NCBI GenBank assembly: GCA_046758365.1
Contig: JBHIAC010000087.1
Span: 1 to 14,022 of the forward strand
Direction of reading: 5' to 3'
DNA from: a bacterium
Lineage (GTDB): Bacteria > Zhuqueibacterota > Zhuqueibacteria > Oceanimicrobiales > Oceanimicrobiaceae
DNA length: 14,022 nucleotides
Shown here piece after piece: positions 1 through 6,930 of the stretch. The notes below the pieces were generated by a model. The model had not been told where the DNA came from and searched no databases. It saw only the letters and a list, made by a program, of their open reading frames with translations. The position numbers and the translations under genes are program-made. How positions within the stretch are numbered: position 1 is the first letter of the stretch; every line of letters begins with the position of its first letter.

Positions 1-1
1 T

Positions 2-838
2 TTATTTAGCTAATAAAACGGGAGTCATTGAATTTCTCATAACATATTCAGTTGTACTTCCCAGAATGGCCTTTCGTATCCTAGAATGACCAAAGGCTCC
101 CATGACTATTAAATCACAATTAATATCTTTTGCCACTTTAACAATTTCTTTTTCAGAGCTGCCAGATGTCCCAATCAATTCTACAGCAACTTCATAAGGT
201 TCTAAATAGGTATTAGCTTCTTGGAGAAACTTATTTCTTATTTGTTCATTTTCATTTACAGTAAGAATTGTAACAGGAACTTTCAATTTTGCGGCAAAAT
301 AGCCTGCCAATTGTAAAGCTTTATTTGCCTTATCACTTCCGTCATAAGCAAATAGGATTTTAGATATTTCTTGGTATTTCTTTGATGTAATTAAAATAGG
401 TTTATTACACTGCCTGACAACCGCATCCAAAGTAGCGCCTACTAATTTGCTTTCCCATTTTGCATATTCTCCTCGTGCTCCCATGATTAGTAAATCTACT
501 AAATGAGATCTCTCACATATTATATCTACTGGTGAACCATGAAGCTTTTCAGTCTCAAATACAATCTTTTCTTTCTTTAAAATAGACTTACACTTATCAA
601 GGACTGCTTTCGCTTTACTTTCCAATATTTTTTTTGACTCCTCTTGATACACGCTGTAAGGAATGACTGGAACAAATCCGTCGGTTCCCATAACTACGGC
701 CCATTCAAATATTCGGACATCCACTATGGAAATGACTTTAATGACGGATTCAAAAGCATTTGCCAGCCGGATACCCTGTTTTACCACAGAGTCCGTATAT
801 ATAGAGCCGTCAACTGAAAGAAGAATTGATTTTATCAT
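2..838 (-). CDS. Universal stress protein, tandem two-domain UspA family (~278 aa)
   Basis: Two UspA repeats: 'IKSILLSVDGS' ... 'DLLIMGARG...LVGAT...PILI' and 'KILFAYDGSDKANKAL' ... 'DLIVMGAFGHSRIRKAILGSTTEYVMRNS..PVLL' (G-2x-G-9x-G-S/T ATP-binding motif in domain 2). ATG at 838 preferred over the ORF-track start at 868 because it gives the canonical UspA N-terminus and avoids overlap with gpsA. Stop TAA at 2-4. Confidence 0.93.
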   Translation of the reverse strand: MIKSILLSVDGSIYTDSVVKQGIRLANAFESVIKVISIVDVRIFEWAVVMGTDGFVPVIPYSVYQEESKKILESKAKAVLDKCKSILKKEKIVFETEKLHGSPVDIICERSHLVDLLIMGARGEYAKWESKLVGATLDAVVRQCNKPILITSKKYQEISKILFAYDGSDKANKALQLAGYFAAKLKVPVTILTVNENEQIRNKFLQEANTYLEPYEVAVELIGTSGSSEKEIVKVAKDINCDLIVMGAFGHSRIRKAILGSTTEYVMRNSMTPVLLAK

Positions 839-858
839 AAGTTGTCTTACTAAAAAAG

Positions 859-1854
859 TTAACCCCAATCTTCAATTTTTGCTGCTCGAGTCATTAAATC
901 AAAAACGGCTTGCTTTGGGTCTTTGTTTTGAAAAAGTACATTATAGGCTTCCGTTATGATGGGAACTTCTACATGGTGCTTAGCAGCCAATTCATAAGCA
1001 GAACGTGTGGTTTTAACGCCTTCTGCAACCATAACCATTTCCGAGAGCACTTCATCAAGTTTTTTACCTTTTCCAATTTGCTCTCCAAGATAACGATTTC
1101 GGCTATATCGGCTCATACAAGTTACAATTAAATCTCCCATACCCGATAATCCAGCAAAGGTCAAGGACTTTGCCCCCAGTTTAGTTCCCAGACGTGTAAT
1201 TTCGGCTAAACCTCTTGTAATTAAAGCAGCTTTTGTATTATCTCCTGCCCCTACGCCATCTATAATACCTGCAGCCACCGCTATAATATTTTTAAGGGCG
1301 CCTCCTATTTCTACCCCTATCACATCGCTGTGCATGTATACACGAAACGTTGGTGCCATAAAAGCTTGTTGAACCCATTTAGCTGTTTTTAAATATTTTG
1401 ATGCGCATACCACAGCGGTTGGAATCGCTTTACTTACCTCTTCAGCATGACTTGGCCCTGAAAGCACCGTTATATTATTCTCATCAAACTTCTCCATTAA
1501 AATTTCACTTACTCGAAGAAGCGTGTCATTTTCTATTCCTTTGGCAACACTTATAATAACCGTATCTTCTTTAGAGATTTCGAATTCATTTATAACAGAA
1601 CGAACCGCATGAGAAGGCACGGCGATAATAACACTATCCTTTTCTTGAACAATATTGTTTAAATCTGGTTCAAAATTGATTTCATTTGGTATGACTGCTT
1701 CAGGTAAATATTTTCTATTTACTCTTTCTTTAATCATTGAATCAAATACTCGAGGATCGCGATTCCACATGGTAACCATGTGGCCATTTGTTTGAAGTAA
1801 AATTGCTAAGGCAGTGCCCCAACTTCCAGTTCCAAGTATTGCAAAGCGTGCCAA
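859..1854 (-). CDS. gpsA: NAD(P)H-dependent glycerol-3-phosphate dehydrogenase
   Basis: Rossmann 'LGTGSWGTALA', 'AVPS', 'KGIE', 'LSGPSHAEEV', 'GGALKN', 'GDNTKAALITRGLAE', 'GLSGMGDLIVTC', 'SRNR', 'AEGV'. TTG start at 1854 preceded by a strong GGGAGG RBS. Confidence 0.97.
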   Translation of the reverse strand: MARFAILGTGSWGTALAILLQTNGHMVTMWNRDPRVFDSMIKERVNRKYLPEAVIPNEINFEPDLNNIVQEKDSVIIAVPSHAVRSVINEFEISKEDTVIISVAKGIENDTLLRVSEILMEKFDENNITVLSGPSHAEEVSKAIPTAVVCASKYLKTAKWVQQAFMAPTFRVYMHSDVIGVEIGGALKNIIAVAAGIIDGVGAGDNTKAALITRGLAEITRLGTKLGAKSLTFAGLSGMGDLIVTCMSRYSRNRYLGEQIGKGKKLDEVLSEMVMVAEGVKTTRSAYELAAKHHVEVPIITEAYNVLFQNKDPKQAVFDLMTRAAKIEDWG

Positions 1855-1868
1855 TTTACCTCCCTTCG

Positions 1869-2879
1869 CTATTTTGGGATAATTGACCCAATAACGTATG
1901 ATTCTTCACGATTCTCTCTAAATAGGTTTAAAAACTCATCTGTGCTCTCCTCTTTCACAATTAAGATCAAACCAATCCCTAAATTAAAGACATTTCTCAT
2001 TTCCGATTCCAACACCTTTCCCTCCCTTTTAATAATATGAAAAATGGGTGGGACTTCCCAAGCAGACCAGTTAATTTTTAAATCTAAATTTTTTCTAAGT
2101 AAACGTTTTGTATTTCCAACTATGCCACCCCCGGTTATATGAGAAATACCATGCAAGCTTTCAATAGATTTAGTTTTATTTATCAGATTTTGATAACTAC
2201 GATGCGGTCTCAATAGTTCCTCACCTAACGTGGATTGTGTCTCTTCTATAAAACAGTTAACATTATAATTCTTTATTTCGAAAAATATTTTACGAGCTAA
2301 AGAATATCCATTTGTGTGCAATCCATTTGAGGTTATACCTATCAAAGCATCACCAGCTTGGATTTTACTTCCATCTATGATGGCATTTTTTTCTACCAAC
2401 CCAACAATGGCACCAGCAATATCCCAATTATTTTCGGCATATACACCGGGCATTTCCGCAGTCTCACCACCAATTAAAACACAGGTATTATTTTTACACG
2501 CTCGTGAAATTCCCTGAACAATCTCTTGTACAATTTCAATATTAAGTTTGTCCGCAGCCAAATAATCCAAAAAGAAAATCGGTTCTGCACCACAGACCAT
2601 GAGGTCATTTACACAATGGTTTACCAAGTCTTCGCCAATAGTATGATAGATTCCCATCATCTGGGCAATTTTAATCTTCGTACCTATACCATCTATACTC
2701 GTTACTAGTACCGGTTGTTTTAGCTTTTTTATATCTAATTCATAGAACCCACCAAAAAGTCCAATATCTTTTAACACATTTTTCGAAAACGTGGACCGAA
2801 CCATGCCTTTGATATTTTCTTTAGCTTTGTCGCTAACAGCAACGTCTACTCCCGCCTCTTTATAGGTCACTTTTGTCAT
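1869..2879 (-). CDS. purM: Phosphoribosylformylglycinamidine cyclo-ligase (AIR synthetase)
   Basis: 'TYKEAGVD', 'IGLFGG', 'DGIGTK', 'DLVNHCVND', 'GAEPIFFLDY', 'GGETAEMPG', 'SNGLHTNGYSLARK', 'HITGGG', 'FNLGIG' motifs. Confidence 0.97.
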   Translation of the reverse strand: MTKVTYKEAGVDVAVSDKAKENIKGMVRSTFSKNVLKDIGLFGGFYELDIKKLKQPVLVTSIDGIGTKIKIAQMMGIYHTIGEDLVNHCVNDLMVCGAEPIFFLDYLAADKLNIEIVQEIVQGISRACKNNTCVLIGGETAEMPGVYAENNWDIAGAIVGLVEKNAIIDGSKIQAGDALIGITSNGLHTNGYSLARKIFFEIKNYNVNCFIEETQSTLGEELLRPHRSYQNLINKTKSIESLHGISHITGGGIVGNTKRLLRKNLDLKINWSAWEVPPIFHIIKREGKVLESEMRNVFNLGIGLILIVKEESTDEFLNLFRENREESYVIGSIIPK

Positions 2880-3408
2880 TTGAAAGTTGTTTTAATTTTT
2901 CAATATAAATGGCTCGCACTTCTAACAAAAAATTTAGTACAATTTGTGAGCAATAGTCAGGGTAGGTCCACTCATTGGTCACAAATTGTCCCTTCCGATA
3001 TCTCAACTGAACATCCCCAAATACCCCTCGACCTAAATAAATTCGATGATCAAAGTTTTTGGTGGAGGATATGACCAATTTACTTAGTTCTAAGTAACCA
3101 GGATCTATATTGACCTGCCTTCTGTCTCCTTTTGAGAATCTTTTTTCCAACTGCAAAGAAAATAATTTGAATTCTATTAATTCTTCTATTTTATACAATA
3201 CTTGGAAACTGAATAACTGTTTCATCAAATCGGGGCCCATTTCATGCTCATAATACTGCGTATGATCAAATGCAAAGGGAGGAGATTCATGGTCTATCCT
3301 TCCGTATTGAAATTCAAGTGCCTTTTTTGTCTCTTTTAAAAGCGTATCATTCTTATAAGTAACGGCTGCTAAAAATTTTATAGGGAATGGTTCCTTTAAT
3401 TGCCCCAT
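2860..3408 (-). CDS. DUF4416 family protein
   Basis: Characteristic motifs 'F.HT.YY..EMG..L', 'R.VNIDPGY', 'STKNFDHRIYLG.G', 'WTYPDY'. 3' end overlaps the purM start by 20 nt. Confidence 0.85.
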   Translation of the reverse strand: MGQLKEPFPIKFLAAVTYKNDTLLKETKKALEFQYGRIDHESPPFAFDHTQYYEHEMGPDLMKQLFSFQVLYKIEELIEFKLFSLQLEKRFSKGDRRQVNIDPGYLELSKLVISSTKNFDHRIYLGRGVFGDVQLRYRKGQFVTNEWTYPDYCSQIVLNFLLEVRAIYIEKLKQLSNDKSDL

Positions 3409-3411
3409 AAT

Positions 3412-4158
3412 TTAAGACATGCTAAGGATGGATAGTTCAACAAATATGACCAAAGTAACAATAAAATGAACGGACATTGACAAATAAATACTACTAGTTT
3501 TTTTAACTAAATAGCCTAAACCCATTCCAAATAATCCTCCTAAGATAATACCTTCAAGTCCATTGGGCACGCCAGTTCGATAATGCATCAAGCCATAAAA
3601 GATACCTTGAATTGGAATGGCCCAATTAGTTCCAGCTACGACTTTAGCTCTTTGAAAAATAAAGCTGCGAAAAATCGTCTCCTCAATAATGGATAAATAA
3701 ATGGCAAATCCAATTCCCAAAATAATTAATGAATCTATTGGCCAATGAAGAGGAACAGGATTTGGGATACTCGAACTTTTAAAATAAATCCAAAGAACAT
3801 AAAGCAAAACTGCAACAATCGAAATGGTCAAAGATAATTTAAAATAGTTTTTGGTATCTCCTGGGAGAAAATATAGCTGACGCCATTCTGGTCCTTCAAA
3901 AAAAATTAGAATTACCAAACAAGTAAGTACAATAATCAAAGAATAAGGATAATAAATACCAAGTTGATTTATAAAAAACAAAATAAGGCAGAAGAGAAAT
4001 AAAATCTCAACGAATTTGCCAAAAGTCTGGGTCTTTCTATTAAATCTAGTAAAGAGGGTTAAAAGTAAAAGTACCAACATTACCCAAAGTCCCTGCCCAA
4101 AAACAAAATATCCAATCCCAGTAACCGTAGCAGTGAGTAGCACCAAAAATTTAATCAT
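3412..4158 (-). CDS. CPBP (CAAX protease/Abi) family intramembrane glutamic endopeptidase
   Basis: Highly hydrophobic multi-TM protein with CPBP motifs 'EETIFR' (EExxxR), 'FYGLMH' (FxxxH) and C-terminal 'S..VHFIVT' (degenerate HxxxN). Confidence 0.85.
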   Translation of the reverse strand: MIKFLVLLTATVTGIGYFVFGQGLWVMLVLLLLTLFTRFNRKTQTFGKFVEILFLFCLILFFINQLGIYYPYSLIIVLTCLVILIFFEGPEWRQLYFLPGDTKNYFKLSLTISIVAVLLYVLWIYFKSSSIPNPVPLHWPIDSLIILGIGFAIYLSIIEETIFRSFIFQRAKVVAGTNWAIPIQGIFYGLMHYRTGVPNGLEGIILGGLFGMGLGYLVKKTSSIYLSMSVHFIVTLVIFVELSILSMS

Positions 4159-4180
4159 CGATAATCATTAAGTTTACGTT

Positions 4181-4209
4181 AATATCTTAATATTAAACAA
4201 AAATGTCAA
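4181..4209 (-). promoter_or_regulatory. Putative sigma70 promoter for the CPBP-DUF4416-purM-gpsA-usp run
   Basis: Minus strand: perfect -35 TTGACA (4209-4204), 17-nt spacer, weak -10 GATATT (4186-4181), just upstream of the ATG at 4158. Confidence 0.5.
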
Positions 4210-4391
4210 GCATTTTTTATTTGACAAATTTTCGGAAAATTAATTAAATCCCATCATAAATTCTAAAATTATAGAAATCTCAGAAGTGCCGTAAATTATT
4301 AAGTGGTTTTATTGTGTTTAAATATTGAATTGCGGTTATCAGGAATTCAATTATGGTTGGTTTTCAAAATGTAGGATTAAAAGTTTATTTG

Positions 4392-4475
4392 TGCCGGGGG
4401 AGGGATTCGAACCCTCACGGACCGAAGCCCACTGGATTTTGAGTCCAGCGCGTCTGCCAATTTCGCCACCCCGGC
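4392..4475 (-). tRNA. tRNA-Leu (anticodon CAA), class II with long variable arm; CCA not encoded
   Basis: Reverse complement GCCGGGGTGGCGAAATTGGCAGACGCGCTGGACTCAAAATCCAGTGGGCTTCGGTCCGTGAGGGTTCGAATCCCTCCCCCGGCA. Acceptor stem GCCGGGG/CCCCGGC, anticodon stem CTGGA/TCCAG with loop CTCAAAA, variable arm GGGC-TTCG-GTCC, T arm GAGGG-TTCGAAT-CCCTC, discriminator A. Confidence 0.97.
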
Positions 4476-4501
4476 AAATTTAATTCCAATATTATATTGA
4501 T

Positions 4502-4530
4502 AATATAGAAGATTTATGAAGAAATGTCAA
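4502..4530 (-). promoter_or_regulatory. Sigma70 promoter of tRNA-Leu
   Basis: Minus strand TTGACA (4530-4525), exactly 17 nt, then TATATT (4507-4502), ending 26 nt upstream of the mature tRNA 5' end. An A-tract lies immediately upstream of the -35 (UP-element-like). Confidence 0.75.
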
Positions 4531-4575
4531 GTTTTTTTAGTTTTGGATTATGCAATGAATTCGTTCTTTTCTTTT

Positions 4576-5661
4576 TCATCGTTTTATCCGCGCCGTCCCA
4601 CCTTTCATCACATGCATAACTTCATCCAGAGTCACCATATTGGTATCTCCACGTGTACTTTGCAATAAAGCTCCGTGAGCCGCACCCAAATTCACACACG
4701 CCTGAGGAGGCCAATCATTTAGAAAACCGTAAATCACACCACTGCAGAAGCCGTCGCCGCCTCCCACTCGATCTTCAATTTCTAAATTCTCATAACTATG
4801 GGAATCAAAAAATTGTCCCTCGTAATACAATATAGCTGACCAATTGTTTAAAAGCCCACTGATGACTTCTCTCAATGTCGTGCCCACGACCTGGATGTGG
4901 GGATAAGTTCCCACCACCTGTTTGACCATGTTTTTATATCCTTCAACCGGCAGTTTTTTAAGAATCTCGTCAGTCCCTTCAACTTCAAATCCCAACGCTT
5001 TCTGAAAATCTTCTTCATTTCCAATCAGGACCGTGATGTAAGGTATCAGCTCTTTAGTAACCTGAATGGCCTTCTCACTTGACCACAGTTTACTGCGAAA
5101 ATTCAAATCGTAGCTTACAATCGTTCCAGCCTCATGGGCGGCCTGCATAGCTTCTTTGGCGACTTCAGCACAGCTATCGCTCAGAGCTGTAAAAATCCCA
5201 CCAAGATGGAACCATCTCACTCCTCGTTCACTAAAAATACGCTTCCAATCTACCTCTCCGGGCTTTATATGAGAAACCGCAGAATGACCACGATCGTAGA
5301 GAGTAACACTGGCTCGAACCCCAAGGCCCACTTCGGTAAAATTCAAACCTATTCGCTCAGCCCGTCCAACGCCATCGTAGGGCGTCCAGAGCACTTCACT
5401 CAGGTCCATCCCACTCCCTCGGGCATGATTGCGAATAAACCAGCCCAGTGGATTGTCTACCAATTTAGAGACCCATCCTGTTCGTAGTCCAAAGCGTGAT
5501 AGTGCATACGAAACGTTATACTCTCCTCCACCAGCCCAGGCTTCAAAATAAGGCGTGAGCTCTATGCGTTGATGGCCAGGCGGACTCAAACGTATCATGC
5601 ATTCCCCTAAAGATAGTAAATCCAGCTCACAATCAGAAGATGATTTAATTTTTAATGACAT
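4576..5661 (-). CDS. kdgK: PfkB-family sugar kinase, probable 2-dehydro-3-deoxygluconokinase
   Basis: 'LGECMIRL', 'GGGEYNV', 'YDRGHSA', 'SYDLNFRSKLW', 'GNEEDF', PfkB signature 'DRVGGGDGFCSG'. GGAGG RBS at 5668-5672. Clustered with eda/uxaE. Confidence 0.85.
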   Translation of the reverse strand: MSLKIKSSSDCELDLLSLGECMIRLSPPGHQRIELTPYFEAWAGGGEYNVSYALSRFGLRTGWVSKLVDNPLGWFIRNHARGSGMDLSEVLWTPYDGVGRAERIGLNFTEVGLGVRASVTLYDRGHSAVSHIKPGEVDWKRIFSERGVRWFHLGGIFTALSDSCAEVAKEAMQAAHEAGTIVSYDLNFRSKLWSSEKAIQVTKELIPYITVLIGNEEDFQKALGFEVEGTDEILKKLPVEGYKNMVKQVVGTYPHIQVVGTTLREVISGLLNNWSAILYYEGQFFDSHSYENLEIEDRVGGGDGFCSGVIYGFLNDWPPQACVNLGAAHGALLQSTRGDTNMVTLDEVMHVMKGGTARIKR

Positions 5662-5676
5662 TATGGACCTCCTAAC

Positions 5677-5728
5677 CCGGCCGAGCCGGAACTAAAACTT
5701 TACTAAACTTTGGAAGTTTAGTAAAGTT
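5677..5728. repeat. Intergenic double hairpin: perfect 15-bp inverted repeat plus 5-bp GC hairpin (REP-like or RNA structure)
   Basis: AACTTTACTAAACTT (5696-5710), loop TGG, AAGTTTAGTAAAGTT (5714-5728); and CCGGC-CGA-GCCGG (5677-5689). Confidence 0.8.
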
Positions 5729-5752
5729 ATTTCACCAAAAATTAGTAATTGC

Positions 5753-6916
5753 TTACTTATTACCCTGACTCTGTTCTACCCTAAATCCAAGTGCTTTGAA
5801 CATTTCACTCAATGTTTTGTTGGGCGATGATAGAATTACCGTCGTGTTAAAAAACTCACGGCGCAAGGGATATTGCGACCTGAGCTGTTCAAAGTAACCT
5901 GCAGACTTTCTGTCTGGCATAGATAACAGGACTCGCAGTTTCTTGTCATCTCGTTCAATGTTATAGCACTGTTTCACCACCTTACGTATCATGTTTTCCG
6001 CGTTAGCGCTGTCATGCGAGATTTGGATTTTAGTAAGTTCTGGCACAGGTAGGTCTGCATTGGCCTTCCATCTGGTAGGCACATTGAAATAACGACATAC
6101 AGCCTGATAGATTATCTTGGTAGCATTGACTTTTCCATCCAACGAATAACCGGCAATGTGTGGGGTCCCAATAGCGGTAAGAGAAAGGAGTTCTTTATCG
6201 ATATTTGGCTCATTTTCCCAAACATCGAGCACACACGCTTCTAGTATTTTTCGGGAAAGAACATTCTTTAGCGCGGCTGTATCTACCACTGCGCCCCGTG
6301 ATGTGTTGATAAGTATGCTGCCAGGTTTCATTTTATCAAACCGCCTTTTATCAAATAGATGAAATGTCGCATCTCTCCCTCTTTTAGTAAGCGGAACGTG
6401 CAAAGTAAGGATGTCTGCTTCCATTAAAGCATCGAGCGGCAAGAATCGGGATTTCCCTGTGGTTCTTGCAAGAGGCGGGTCATTCTGAAGAACTTGCATT
6501 TCCATCGCCTGTGCCATTCTAACTACCCGGCTTCCAATATTACCCACGCCTACTACACCCAACGTCTTCCCTTTAAGGTCAAAGCCTTTCCGTTCACCCA
6601 GTACCAGGAGCGCTGCGATTACGTATTCTGCTACGGCATTGGCATTGCTTCCTGGTGCATTGGCAAAACCAATGCTTTTATCGTGAAGATAAGCAAGATC
6701 CACATGTTCAGTCCCGATGGTGGCTGTACCCACAAAGCGTACTTTACTTCCTTCGAGGAGGATTTTATCAACCTTTGTCTCCGAACGCACAAGAATTACA
6801 TCAGCATTCTTAACAGCGGTGGGATTAATCTCATGGGTATTGAGCGTCTTTAGTTCACCCAGGTGGCCAAACGCAGCCTGGACAAATGGAATATTGGCAT
6901 CTGTAACAATTTTCAT
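5753..6916 (-). CDS. pdxB: 4-phosphoerythronate dehydrogenase-like D-2-hydroxyacid dehydrogenase (PdxB family, with C-terminal DUF3410-like dimerisation region)
   Basis: PdxB-type N-terminus 'MKIVTDANIP', 'VRSETKV', 'FVGTATIGTEH', 'NAPGSNANAVAEYV', NAD motif 'GVVGVGNIG...NDPP', 'LHVPL', 'NTSRG', 'LDVWENEP', 'TPHIAGYSLDGK', and C-terminal 'FEQLRSQYPLRREF'. Confidence 0.85.
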   Translation of the reverse strand: MKIVTDANIPFVQAAFGHLGELKTLNTHEINPTAVKNADVILVRSETKVDKILLEGSKVRFVGTATIGTEHVDLAYLHDKSIGFANAPGSNANAVAEYVIAALLVLGERKGFDLKGKTLGVVGVGNIGSRVVRMAQAMEMQVLQNDPPLARTTGKSRFLPLDALMEADILTLHVPLTKRGRDATFHLFDKRRFDKMKPGSILINTSRGAVVDTAALKNVLSRKILEACVLDVWENEPNIDKELLSLTAIGTPHIAGYSLDGKVNATKIIYQAVCRYFNVPTRWKANADLPVPELTKIQISHDSANAENMIRKVVKQCYNIERDDKKLRVLLSMPDRKSAGYFEQLRSQYPLRREFFNTTVILSSPNKTLSEMFKALGFRVEQSQGNK

Positions 6917-6930
6917 AATGCTATTCTAAG

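Noticed and set aside
839..868. ORF-track N-terminal extension of the Usp gene (MGLTFLVRQL)
   Set aside because: It overlaps the gpsA 3' end, and ATG at 838 gives the canonical UspA start. The gnd extension to 8361 was rejected similarly because the RBS sits before 8337/8334.
4324..4351. Inverted repeat ATTGAATT-N12-AATTCAAT as the tRNA terminator
   Set aside because: Nearly all-AT 8-bp stem with a 12-nt loop and no clear U tract; too weak to call in such AT-rich sequence.
4159..4575. tRNA-Leu as an integration site for a genomic island or prophage
   Set aside because: No integrase, transposase or duplicated tRNA 3' fragment (att) was seen. The genes on the tRNA 3' side are housekeeping (purM, gpsA).
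5696..5728. Palindrome as a CRISPR repeat
   Set aside because: Single copy, no repeat-spacer periodicity and no cas genes in the window.
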